DNA from: Candidatus Poribacteria bacterium
GTDB lineage: Bacteria > Poribacteria > WGA-4E > GCA-2687025
DNA: 64,000 nt
Assembly: GCA_963665845.2 (NCBI GenBank)
Contig: OY762492.1
Span: forward strand, 2,848,001-2,912,000
Direction of reading: 5' to 3'
Shown: positions 17,073-26,387 of the stretch, one piece after another
How positions within the stretch are numbered: the stretch's first letter is position 1
Layout: every line of letters begins with the position of its first letter
Position numbers and translations under genes: made by a program
The notes under the pieces: generated by a model
What the model was told of the DNA's origin: nothing
Databases searched by the model: none
Seen by the model: only the letters and a program-made list of their open reading frames with translations

Positions 17073-18005
17073 TATTTCAACGACATGCGTCGAATGTTCG
17101 TTTGAAATCGGGGGCGGCGCGCCGTTTTCAACCGCTTCCACAAACGCGGCAACTTCAGCGGCAACGCCGCCTCCCTTCGGAACCTCCACAGGCTCATACT
17201 CCTCATCGGTCATGAGCCAGACATTTCCGCGGTACGGCTCGGTTCGTATGCAGCCCTCCGTCCCGACGATCTCGCCGATATATCCCGGCTTTTCCATCAT
17301 CCGTTCGGGTCGGCGATGTCCAGCATGAACGATGACAGCGCATGTTCCATTTTCAAAATGGAGCAGCGCGGCAACCGCGTCGTCCGCTTTCTGCCGCATG
17401 ATTTTATGGGAGATGATGCCCTTCGCCGAAACGACTCGGCTTTCCAAAAGAAAAAGGAGACGGTCCACCATGTGCGACCCGTTCATGAACCACATACCGC
17501 CGCCTTTGGCGCGGTCGTTGAACCATGCGGGCCGCCCCTCCAAGCCGTAGGATTTATGCCAGCATTCGTCCGCCATGACGATGTCCCCGATCCGCCCTTC
17601 GCGCAGCAGCCGCCGCGTGACAAGATTCGCCTGAAAAAACTGCTGCGTATGCCCGACCATCAGCTGAACGCCGTTGGCGTCCGCCGCCGCGGTCATCTCG
17701 CCGCACTCTTCAAGGGAGACCGCCATCGGCTTCTCGACCAGCGTATGAACGCCGGCGTTGAGGCAATCGATGGCGATCGGGGCGTGGAGCCAGTGAGGCA
17801 ACCCCAGCAGCGCCAGATCAATCTCCCCGTCCGAAAGCATCTCGCGGCGGTCGGCGTAGGCGGCGCAGCCGTGCCGTTGAGCGAACGCTTCGCGCCGTTC
17901 CTCATGCGGCTCCGCGACGGCATGCAGCCGCAGCCCTGGAACCGATTTGACAGCGGCGGCATGCCCGCTTGATACGCGGCCTGCGCCGATGACGCCTACG
18001 CGCAT
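17019..18005 (-). CDS. Gfo/Idh/MocA family oxidoreductase
   Basis: VGVIGAG, LPHWLH, VEKPMA, GGGMWFMNGSH. Confidence 0.92.
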   Translation of the reverse strand: MRVGVIGAGRVSSGHAAAVKSVPGLRLHAVAEPHEERREAFAQRHGCAAYADRREMLSDGEIDLALLGLPHWLHAPIAIDCLNAGVHTLVEKPMAVSLEECGEMTAAADANGVQLMVGHTQQFFQANLVTRRLLREGRIGDIVMADECWHKSYGLEGRPAWFNDRAKGGGMWFMNGSHMVDRLLFLLESRVVSAKGIISHKIMRQKADDAVAALLHFENGTCAVIVHAGHRRPERMMEKPGYIGEIVGTEGCIRTEPYRGNVWLMTDEEYEPVEVPKGGGVAAEVAAFVEAVENGAPPPISNEHSTHVVEILLAVEQSSETGKEVRLD

Positions 18006-18016
18006 TTGTTTTCTCC

Positions 18017-19141
18017 TTAGAACATCTTGTGCCAGTATGCCGCTTCAGCAATCAGCTGTTTCACTTCAGCGCGCGAGGAGCCTTCCGCGGCAATCAGATC
18101 GTCCGCGTCCACATGGTTCTTCGCGTCCGGTCCGCGGCCGGCGTCCAGAATGCAATTCGTGAGCCAGCTGGTGCGGATTCCGTTGACCCCGGAGGTGTAA
18201 TTCGTGTCGTAATCGCCTTTGACGAGACCGACCAGCTGGTCAACCTTGCCGCTCGGGTACCCTTCCGGGCGGGAGGTTTGAACCGCTTCGCGCTTGCCGT
18301 CCGGCGTGACGAGCGTCAAGCCGCCGCGTATCTCCAGCGTCGCCTCTTCGCCTTCCAAAATGACCCACTCTTGGAACCCGACATGCGTGTTGCCGCAGAT
18401 GGTGACGGTTCCTTCGGCGCCGTTCTCCATGACCACATCCGAGTAGGAGTTGATCTCGACATATTTATCGATCACTTTTCCGTTCTCTTCAAAGATCTTG
18501 TCGGTCGTTCCGTAGACCGATTTGGGAAGGAAGCCGGTCATCCACATGAAGATGTCTTGGAGGTGGCTGCCGGAGTCGTTCGGCTGTCCGCCGCCTGAGA
18601 ATCGCGGGTCGCCGCGCCAGCCGCCGGCTCCCCATCGCTGCGCCATGTACACTTCGAACCGCTTCAATTCGCCCAGCTTGCCGGACTGGACGACGCTTCT
18701 GCCGGTCACATAGTTCGGTTCGTAATGGCGCTGGTATCCGCCGACCAGATGAAGCCCGCCGCCGACCGCCATTTTCTGCATGTGTACGGCGTCGCCGACT
18801 CGGTTCGCCATCGGTTTTTCAACGATGACGGAGCATCCCGCGCGGAAGGCGGCGCGAACCTGGATGTCATGCAGCGAGTGGGGCGAGAAGATGCCGACCA
18901 TGTCCAGGTCTTCTTTGTCGAGCATTTCCAGGTATTCGTAGTCGCCGATGTAGCGGGCGACGCCGCCTTTTTTGAACCCTTCGACCCGCTGCTCCATCGC
19001 GTTTTCAAGCGCGTCAATGCTGCCGGGGCTGACATCGGCGGCTGCCACCACTTCGCAATCGTCTCGAGTCGCAAATCCGAGCGTGTTGCCCCGCCCGGCT
19101 CCGCCTGGTCCGATGACGCCGACTTTCAATTTATCTGCCAT
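18017..19141 (-). CDS. Gfo/Idh/MocA family oxidoreductase
   Basis: VGVIGPGG, SPHSLH, VEKPMA, WR.DP..SGGG...DSGSH. Confidence 0.92.
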   Translation of the reverse strand: MADKLKVGVIGPGGAGRGNTLGFATRDDCEVVAAADVSPGSIDALENAMEQRVEGFKKGGVARYIGDYEYLEMLDKEDLDMVGIFSPHSLHDIQVRAAFRAGCSVIVEKPMANRVGDAVHMQKMAVGGGLHLVGGYQRHYEPNYVTGRSVVQSGKLGELKRFEVYMAQRWGAGGWRGDPRFSGGGQPNDSGSHLQDIFMWMTGFLPKSVYGTTDKIFEENGKVIDKYVEINSYSDVVMENGAEGTVTICGNTHVGFQEWVILEGEEATLEIRGGLTLVTPDGKREAVQTSRPEGYPSGKVDQLVGLVKGDYDTNYTSGVNGIRTSWLTNCILDAGRGPDAKNHVDADDLIAAEGSSRAEVKQLIAEAAYWHKMF

Positions 19142-19186
19142 GGTTCTCCGTTTTCTGCTGATAGCCGTATTGAGCGTTCAGGATGG

Positions 19187-19215
19187 AGTCTATACGAAGG
19201 CGGGCGGCATGTCAA
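19187..19215 (-). promoter_or_regulatory. sigma70 promoter for the oxidoreductase operon
   Basis: TTGACA-17 bp-TAGACT. Confidence 0.6.
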
Positions 19216-19295
19216 CGGGCGGCAATTTGCGGTAGTACGCTCATACGATAATGTTGATAGGAGACGCGATATGGACGGCGTCTGCGACGCCTAAG

Positions 19296-19315
19296 ATTCC
19301 CGTTTTCACGGGAAT
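19296..19315. repeat. dRS3/REP-like hairpin
   Basis: ATTCCCGTTTTCACGGGAAT(GAC). Confidence 0.8.
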
Positions 19316-19432
19316 GACGACCGGCGGCGCCGACGCATTAGGATTAAAAACAACGACTATCATCGCATGGGCGTACTGCCCAATTTGCGAATCCGCCCCC
19401 GGCATGTTATGATGTCGAAGGAGGGCTGATGG

Positions 19433-19678
19433 ATGAGGCGGCAAAAAAGTATCCGTGAAAGCGATTTTAGAGCGGTCAGGGGCAATTACCGTTACCTTGC
19501 GCTCAAAGTGCTAGACCATGCGCTGCGCGACGCGGCGGGAACGCGCCAAACCTCGCATGAAACGCAGCGGGAAGCGCGCGAATTTATCCATTCCAAAGAG
19601 GCGGAATTCTGGGCGGACGCATCCGGCGTCAACATTCGAAAGCTGCGCCAAGCATACAAGCGGCGCCTGCGTCAGTAG
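19433..19678 (+). CDS. Small basic hypothetical protein
   Basis: AAGGAGG RBS; LA..VL..A.RD....A.EF..S....FW....G pattern reminiscent of small phage-associated helical proteins. Confidence 0.55.
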   Translation: MRRQKSIRESDFRAVRGNYRYLALKVLDHALRDAAGTRQTSHETQREAREFIHSKEAEFWADASGVNIRKLRQAYKRRLRQ

Positions 19679-19722
19679 CCGGCGGCTCCAACGCCTTGCT
19701 CTGACAGCGCGGGCGGTTTATG

Positions 19723-22700
19723 TTAGAAGCGGGAGCGGCCGAGGCTTCCGCCTGTGAAGGTCGGCGGGACGCCTAACGGCAGGCTGCCGAAGCCCCATTC
19801 GTTCGTCACGGCGTCATGCCCAACGCCCAGCGTCAGGGTCGGATCGGCAATCAGGTTGATCTGATAGGTGAACTCTTTGCGGACATTGCCGAGGCTTCCG
19901 AATCGGCGCCATGTGATGCGCATATCCCAGTCGCGCAGATTTCGGCGCAGACGTATCTCCTGCGAATACGGATGAATATGCGCGATTCCAATCGCCTTCG
20001 CAATCGAATTGGAGCGCCAGGCGGGAGGATTTTCAAGTCGGTCGCGGTCATATTCCCACCGCGCGCTCACATCAATGTTGAACAACTTGCTGGGGCGCCA
20101 CGAAAAACTGGTGAACGCGCTGCGGGGAGAACGGGAAGAGAGCCGCTGATACTGCGTGCCTACATTGACGCTCCATCCTTTCGTGTAGTCGCCGGAGCGG
20201 TAACGGACGCTTGATGAAAACGAAACCATCGTGAACGGATCGCGCTGAATGGCGGAACCGGGGCTGTACGTGTTCGGATCCCAGTTGCCGGTGACGGTCG
20301 TCGTCAGCCGTCCGCTGGACAGAGGCTGCGAGCTCATCTCCATGCGCAGAAAATCCCATTTCCGATTGCCGAGATAAGGGCGGTTCGTGAAATCGCGCTT
20401 CACGCCCGCATCAAAACGCAGCGCCTGAAACTCCTTATTCAGCTTCGTCTTCACCCGAATGGTGGAGCCGAAACGCAGCCCGACCTCCTTCCGCTCATAC
20501 ACATAGACGCTGGAGCCGAACGGGTACAGCAAAATATCGTTCGGGTCGGGATGGTCAGGGTCTTCCGCTTCGTCGTTGACCGACGGAGACCAGTCAAAAT
20601 CGGCGGAGGTTGCGATTTCATGGCGGAGACGGCTTGCGCCGGGGATAAAGCTGATGTCGTACACGCGCGCCAGCGTGTTGTTCGCATTCACATTTCCGCT
20701 CACTACGCCGCGCAAAATATGCCGATTTCCCTTCTGATCCTCTTCATTATACACGAGCCGCCCGGCGCCGTACATTCTGAAAGTGATTGCGCGGGAACTT
20801 GTAACTGTGACGGTTGTGTCTTTGTCGATATTGAGGCTTGCGTCCGTTGTCCAGAGCGACACATCCTGCGTTTGCTCGCCCTTCAGACCGCGCGCTTGAC
20901 GAACGGCGTACACCGCGTCCGAAAAACGGTATAGATCGCGTTTCAGGTTCGTCGCGCCGCCGTTTAACGAAAATTCCATATCGTCCAGCGTCGGAACCTT
21001 CAGGATCGGAACGTTCAGCTTGTCCCATTTGATCGACAGATCGCGCAGCGTCCGATTGAGCCGCCTGAGGCCGTAAATGCGCGACAGCTGCCCGCCCCAA
21101 GACATGTCCAGCTCCGGCTGCTTATGCGTCGAACCGAGACCCTCGGCAAAATCGAAGCTCTTGTCGACTGTTAGACGCGACCGAAACGTCGGACTGGGAT
21201 TGTTGTAACTGGTCGGATTGGAATCGAAGACGATCGTCCCGAAGGCGCGCATCTCCGAGCTCTCTTGAATATAGGCGTTGCCTTCCGAATCGGTGCGCGG
21301 AATGCGGTTGTTGTAATCCAGCCGCGACCAGAACGCCAGCCGTTTGCCGTCGCGTTCCCATCCGAGCGGAATATCCTGCTGATGCCGCAGATACGCCGCA
21401 TACTGATCGCCCGTTTTGAAAGCGTTGTTTCGGCTGTAGGAGCGCAGGTCTTGGCGGGAGACCGTCGCTTCGCCGGTGATGTTGCGCCGCCCCTCCGACT
21501 TCGTCATCACAAACGCCTCCTCCGTCTCGATGACGCCGGCGCTCACCTCGCCCTGTTCAAGAGCGCGCGACGCGCTATAGACGTTGCGCGGCAGATCCCC
21601 CGGGCCGACCCATCCCAGGTAGCCTCCGTTATTGCGCGTCTCTTCGTCGTCCGACAGCTGCTCGGCGAGAGCGTTGAAATCGGGCGTCTCCGACCTTCCG
21701 AGCATCTTCAAGATGAGCAGCCCCTCCCGAAACTGAATCGGGGTTGACACGTTGTCGAGCTGCATTTTGCGCAGCTCCTGCTGCTGCCCCCACTCATACT
21801 GGTTCAGCGGCAGGTTCGCCTCCGTTGACGCGCCGCCGTCCGCCGTCGGCTCTTCCGTCTCGCCGAGAACCGATTCGGGCGGGTCCGCCCCGTATTCGTC
21901 GATCAGCTCGCGAAAATAGACGCCCGAATTGGCGCGGTCCATGAGCGACTCGGCGAGGTTGCGCGTCGTCTCTCGAGACTCCTCGCTCGCCTCAACGGCG
22001 ATATGGATCATCTGCGTCTGTTTTTCGACGCGCCCATGCGTTTCCAGAATGTCGTTCACTCGGAAAAAGTAGTACCCGTCTTCCGTTTCGATCTTTTCGC
22101 TCGTTTCGCCGTATTCAAGAGAGAGCGCCGCCGCTTCCAGATTGGGGGGAAGGATGCCGTCTCCCGCCGCCATATACCCCAAGAAACCTTTGTTCTGGGC
22201 GGAGGTTGATTCGGAGGAGTAACGCCCCGCCAGAGCGCCGAAATCCTCGCCCTGCGCCAGCGCGTCTTGTACCTCCTGCGCTCTAGATCGGGCGCGGTCG
22301 ATGTCCTCCGCCCCTACTGTGTACGGCAGGAAAAGCCGAAGGATGCGCCGATTGTCAAAATCGCCTCGGAGACGGGCATGCACCTGCACAGCTTTTTTGC
22401 GCAGATCGGACAGCTCGGCGGCGGTCGCGTCCAGCGGTTTTTTAAAAACGATCCAGCGCAGATTCACATCGCGCACATTGTAGGTCGTCTCAAAGCCCTG
22501 CCCCGTTCCTCTAGACGCTGACCAGTCGAACTGAAGAACGCTGCGAATCCGCTGAGTGCGCCGCAGCGGCAAAATAAAGGTCGCCCAATGCCCCATATAG
22601 CTGTCGTGGCCGACCTTTACAATCAACGGCGCCGGCTTTTTTTCGCGCAAGCTGCGCCGGTAAACAGGTATCCAGAGCAGCGGGACGCCGCCAATGATGA

Positions 22701-23346
22701 ACACCACGTTTTTGGCGATGATTTCCTGCTCTAAATGGACGAAGATCTGCGACGCCTTGAAGTAGGTATGCGGATATTTGAGCGAACTGGTCGACAAGAT
22801 GCCGTTGTTGATGAGCGACTCCCGCTCCGAGACGCGGACAATCTTGACCCCCTGATAGTACCAAGGCTCGCCGTATGCCGCGCCGCCGTATGCGACTCCC
22901 TGTTTGGTTTCAAAGTTGAAGATCAGCTCGTCAGCGTAGGTGATTTCGTTTTCGACCGTCAGGCGGACGTTGCCTTTGGCGCGCAGAGCCTTCTTTTCCA
23001 TGTGCATCCACACATCGTCCGCCTGCAGCGTCATATCGGAAAATCGGATATAAGCGTCGCCGCGCACATGGGCGCCTTCTTCGGTCCAAATGACCGTGTC
23101 GCCCGCGTCAATATACACCTCGTCCGATTTGAGACGCATGTCCCGGTCTAGGATGGACACCTCGGACGCAGCGCCGATATCCTCCTCTTGGTCCGCCTCT
23201 CCGTTTTGCCCGTTCTCCTGCGTTGGCTCCGCCGTTGAATCGTTTGCCTCGGCGTTGGCAGGGGGGGCGGTCGGCGTCTCCTCCGTCCAGGCGATACGCG
23301 CCGAGAAGAGAATCGGGAGACAGATGATGAGCGCGGCGAGTCGCAT
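19723..23346 (-). CDS. lptD: LPS-assembly protein LptD-like beta-barrel with inserted parvulin PPIase domains
   Basis: OstA-like N-terminus (LQAD...A.GNV.L...F NFETKQG), GGVPLLWIP, amphipathic beta-strand C-terminus; internal EDFGALA..YS and NGGYLGW parvulin motifs. Confidence 0.75.
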   Translation of the reverse strand: MRLAALIICLPILFSARIAWTEETPTAPPANAEANDSTAEPTQENGQNGEADQEEDIGAASEVSILDRDMRLKSDEVYIDAGDTVIWTEEGAHVRGDAYIRFSDMTLQADDVWMHMEKKALRAKGNVRLTVENEITYADELIFNFETKQGVAYGGAAYGEPWYYQGVKIVRVSERESLINNGILSTSSLKYPHTYFKASQIFVHLEQEIIAKNVVFIIGGVPLLWIPVYRRSLREKKPAPLIVKVGHDSYMGHWATFILPLRRTQRIRSVLQFDWSASRGTGQGFETTYNVRDVNLRWIVFKKPLDATAAELSDLRKKAVQVHARLRGDFDNRRILRLFLPYTVGAEDIDRARSRAQEVQDALAQGEDFGALAGRYSSESTSAQNKGFLGYMAAGDGILPPNLEAAALSLEYGETSEKIETEDGYYFFRVNDILETHGRVEKQTQMIHIAVEASEESRETTRNLAESLMDRANSGVYFRELIDEYGADPPESVLGETEEPTADGGASTEANLPLNQYEWGQQQELRKMQLDNVSTPIQFREGLLILKMLGRSETPDFNALAEQLSDDEETRNNGGYLGWVGPGDLPRNVYSASRALEQGEVSAGVIETEEAFVMTKSEGRRNITGEATVSRQDLRSYSRNNAFKTGDQYAAYLRHQQDIPLGWERDGKRLAFWSRLDYNNRIPRTDSEGNAYIQESSEMRAFGTIVFDSNPTSYNNPSPTFRSRLTVDKSFDFAEGLGSTHKQPELDMSWGGQLSRIYGLRRLNRTLRDLSIKWDKLNVPILKVPTLDDMEFSLNGGATNLKRDLYRFSDAVYAVRQARGLKGEQTQDVSLWTTDASLNIDKDTTVTVTSSRAITFRMYGAGRLVYNEEDQKGNRHILRGVVSGNVNANNTLARVYDISFIPGASRLRHEIATSADFDWSPSVNDEAEDPDHPDPNDILLYPFGSSVYVYERKEVGLRFGSTIRVKTKLNKEFQALRFDAGVKRDFTNRPYLGNRKWDFLRMEMSSQPLSSGRLTTTVTGNWDPNTYSPGSAIQRDPFTMVSFSSSVRYRSGDYTKGWSVNVGTQYQRLSSRSPRSAFTSFSWRPSKLFNIDVSARWEYDRDRLENPPAWRSNSIAKAIGIAHIHPYSQEIRLRRNLRDWDMRITWRRFGSLGNVRKEFTYQINLIADPTLTLGVGHDAVTNEWGFGSLPLGVPPTFTGGSLGRSRF

Positions 23347-24023
23347 CAGAACTTGATCAGCGCCTTCACAAACGCTTTTTGACGCAAACGGGCGATGTAG
23401 GCTTCCCTTTCCTCTAGAAAACGCTGTTCGCGCAGGGCGCGGCGCGCTTCGTCTTTGGAGGCAAACGCCTCTTTGTTCGCCTCATAATACGCCTCCGCGT
23501 CGTTGTCGGTCACGTTCAAGCGCGGTATCAGCTCGCGCGTCAACAGCTCCCGTATCCGCAGCGTGCGCAGCATCTCTTCGCGAAACGCCTCCTGGGTCTG
23601 ATTTCGCTGACGCAGCGCTATGGCAAATTCCGCGTCGTCGGTCAACTGCCGCTCCATTCGAAAGGCGCGGATGAAATCGTCCAGAGTCGTTTGCGCGATC
23701 TGATACTGCGGATTTTCCAGCTCCTGACGGCGCGCCTCCTGAACGAGCAGGCTGGTCGCAATCAGCTCCTGTAGATGCGCCTCCGACTGCGCTTCAGCGG
23801 CGCGCTGCGCTTCCGCCGGACTGAGACGTTGAAACGCCTGCAGCAGCTGCGCATGGTCTCGAATCAATTTCTGAAGATCGCCCATGGTCAACGCCTCCGC
23901 GTTCACAAACGCGACGATGCGGTCCACGATCTTTGCGTTCGAAGGCGTCGGAAACGCCATGAACGCGCACAGCAGTAACGCCGCGATCCAACCAATCCGC
24001 TTTTGACATTCCGCTTTCATCAA
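23346..24023 (-). CDS. SurA N-terminal/core domain chaperone lacking PPIase domains
   Basis: IVDRIVAFVN.E.LT..D, LI...LL.QEA, VTD..A.AYYEANK..F joined directly to C-terminal YIARLRQKAFV. Confidence 0.8.
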   Translation of the reverse strand: MMKAECQKRIGWIAALLLCAFMAFPTPSNAKIVDRIVAFVNAEALTMGDLQKLIRDHAQLLQAFQRLSPAEAQRAAEAQSEAHLQELIATSLLVQEARRQELENPQYQIAQTTLDDFIRAFRMERQLTDDAEFAIALRQRNQTQEAFREEMLRTLRIRELLTRELIPRLNVTDNDAEAYYEANKEAFASKDEARRALREQRFLEEREAYIARLRQKAFVKALIKF

Positions 24024-26387
24024 TTACTCCGATGATTCTTCGTCATTCGTTTCCGCCTCTTCTCCATCGATCTCTGCCGCGTCCCCTTCGACATTGATTT
24101 CGATGATCTCGTTCTCGACCGAGTTGTCGTCTCCCTCAACGTTCTCGATGTTTGAGGGATCGGTCTCGGCGTCGGTCGATTCGTCGCCGCTTTCGGTTGC
24201 GCCTTCGGGCGCCTCTTCGACGTTTTCTTCAGGCGGCGGATCTTCGGGCAGACGCTCTGGATAGACCATCAGATTCGTCCGCTCCTTCAACGCTGCCAGC
24301 CATTCGTTCAGCCGTTCCTCGCGAGCGATCTTTCCGACCGCCTTCTCTATAGTGGAACGAACCTCTTCAAAGGTTTGTTGACGCTCCGGCTTTTTTTCTT
24401 CGACTCTGAAGATCATGTAGTAGGTGACGTCTTCGCCCAGCGGTTGAACGACCACCTCGGAAACGATCTGCCCCGCCTCTGTGGAGAAAACGGCTTCGGT
24501 GAACGCCTCCGCCTGCGCGAAGGTGTTTCGGGTGATGAAGCCTGTATCGCCGTTGTTGCGTCCGCCCGGTCCCTGATTCTTCTCCGCTTCCGAGAGGGTT
24601 TGCGCCGCTTCAGCGATGTCCCGTCCGTCGGCGAGTTCGGCGAACAGCTTGTCTGCCGCCTCTTTGTCGTCCAGCAAGGTGATGCAGGTCAAGCGCGCCT
24701 TTTCAGGCTCTATATACTCGGACGCATGCTCCTCATAGTACGCTATGAGACGCTCCTCGGAGGTGTCCGCCATCCCTGAAATCTCTTTTTCATACAGCTG
24801 CTCAATCATCAGCTGGCGCCGGTATTCCGCCAGTTGGGCGATGTCCTTTTCGGTCTTTCCGAGGTTCAACGCTTCCGCTTCCAGAATCTTCAGCTCCTCT
24901 AAGGCGCGCTCTTTGACCAGCTTTGTCCATCCCTCCACGCCGGCGTATCGGCTCTTGCGGTAGGGGGGCAGCCCGTCAAAATGCTCCTGCAGTTGCCCCC
25001 ACGTGTAGGTGTGCTGAATCCCGTCCCATGTCCATTCCGCCAGCACGGTCGCAGCGTCCATCTCCAGATCGCCTAACACGACTTCGTCGGCGGGAACCAG
25101 CTCTTTCTCTTTTTCGGCGGTCGGCGGGGTGTTTACAATGTCGCCGTTGACGCTGATATTGATACCGTTTCCATCTCCCTGATTATTGTTTCCGGTATCG
25201 ACATCTACGATGTTTATTTGTAGATTTTTCGACGTTTTCTTCTTGGAAGAAGACTCAGAATCGGTCGATTCTTCGTCGCTTTCGGGCGTCTCTTCAACCG
25301 CATCTCTCATGGGCGGCTCCGGCAGCCTGTCCGGGTACAGCGTCAGCTGCCCAATCTGCTCCAGCTCCTCCGCCCAGGCGGCTTCGCGCGCTTCGGTGAT
25401 CTCTCTTTCAGCGGAGCTGTGGACGCGGTCCTTCACCTCTTCCAGCGTCTGCTGGTACGGCTCCGCCCGTTCTTCAAGCCGAAACAGCATGTAGTACGTC
25501 TCGTCGTTATACTCCAACGAAAACACCTCTTGGGTCATCTTTCCGACCTCAAGCGCGAAAGCGGCTTCGGCGAACGGCTCCGCCCCAACAAACGAATCGC
25601 GCGCAAAGAGACCCGTGTCGCCGTTGTTGCGTCCGCCCGGACCTTCGTTTAGCCCGTCTTCAGACAGCTGCTTCACAATCTCATCGAACGTGCGCGTCCC
25701 GTCCTGGACCTCTTTCAGGTAGCCGTTCGCCTGCTCCTCGTCCTTCACCGCCAAACTAAGCAGCCGGACGCGCTCTTTCAGATGGTATTTTTCAAGGTTG
25801 CGGTTGTAGTAATCTTCCGCCGCCTCGTCCGTGACGACCGCCTTGTCCTCCACCTCCAGTTTTTCAACCGCGTCCAGCATGATCTTGCGGCGCAGCTCTT
25901 CCGTCTTCGCTTCTACGACAGGGTCGTCTTCCAGCCCCAGCTCCATGGCGCGCTCAAGGGCGATGCGGCTCTCCGCCATCAAGACGAGGTAGGTTTCCCG
26001 CCCCTTTCGCCCTTCATACCGCCGCTTGTGGTAGGAGGGCAGCTCCTCTATCTCCTGCAGCAGCTCCGCCAAGTTGATCGTATGCTCATCGCCTTTCCAG
26101 GCGAAGGTTGCCAGCAGGACATCTTCCGCGTTTGCGTCCGCTTCCGACGCTTCTTCCGCTGTCGTTGTTTCTTCCGTTTCAGATTGCTCTGCTGTCGTCT
26201 CTTCCGTTTCCGATTGCGGACGCCGCCGCAAGTCTTCTGAAACGAGCGGCTCCTCCGCCGTCTCTTCTGAAACGATCGGCTCCTCCACCGCCGATTCATG
26301 CGACGCGCCGCATGCAATCAGCATGGATGAGAGAGCTGCCGCAGCAATGAATTGAACCCAATGAAACCGTTTCCATAATCTGTTCAT
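24024..26387 (-). CDS. Lipoprotein peptidyl-prolyl isomerase (PrsA/PpiC-type), internally duplicated
   Basis: LIAC lipobox; two copies of YY.....Y..E...L...GPGGRNNGDTG...F.EA.F....G...Y.M.FR.EE...QT.EEV. Confidence 0.85.
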   Translation of the reverse strand: MNRLWKRFHWVQFIAAAALSSMLIACGASHESAVEEPIVSEETAEEPLVSEDLRRRPQSETEETTAEQSETEETTTAEEASEADANAEDVLLATFAWKGDEHTINLAELLQEIEELPSYHKRRYEGRKGRETYLVLMAESRIALERAMELGLEDDPVVEAKTEELRRKIMLDAVEKLEVEDKAVVTDEAAEDYYNRNLEKYHLKERVRLLSLAVKDEEQANGYLKEVQDGTRTFDEIVKQLSEDGLNEGPGGRNNGDTGLFARDSFVGAEPFAEAAFALEVGKMTQEVFSLEYNDETYYMLFRLEERAEPYQQTLEEVKDRVHSSAEREITEAREAAWAEELEQIGQLTLYPDRLPEPPMRDAVEETPESDEESTDSESSSKKKTSKNLQINIVDVDTGNNNQGDGNGINISVNGDIVNTPPTAEKEKELVPADEVVLGDLEMDAATVLAEWTWDGIQHTYTWGQLQEHFDGLPPYRKSRYAGVEGWTKLVKERALEELKILEAEALNLGKTEKDIAQLAEYRRQLMIEQLYEKEISGMADTSEERLIAYYEEHASEYIEPEKARLTCITLLDDKEAADKLFAELADGRDIAEAAQTLSEAEKNQGPGGRNNGDTGFITRNTFAQAEAFTEAVFSTEAGQIVSEVVVQPLGEDVTYYMIFRVEEKKPERQQTFEEVRSTIEKAVGKIAREERLNEWLAALKERTNLMVYPERLPEDPPPEENVEEAPEGATESGDESTDAETDPSNIENVEGDDNSVENEIIEINVEGDAAEIDGEEAETNDEESSE

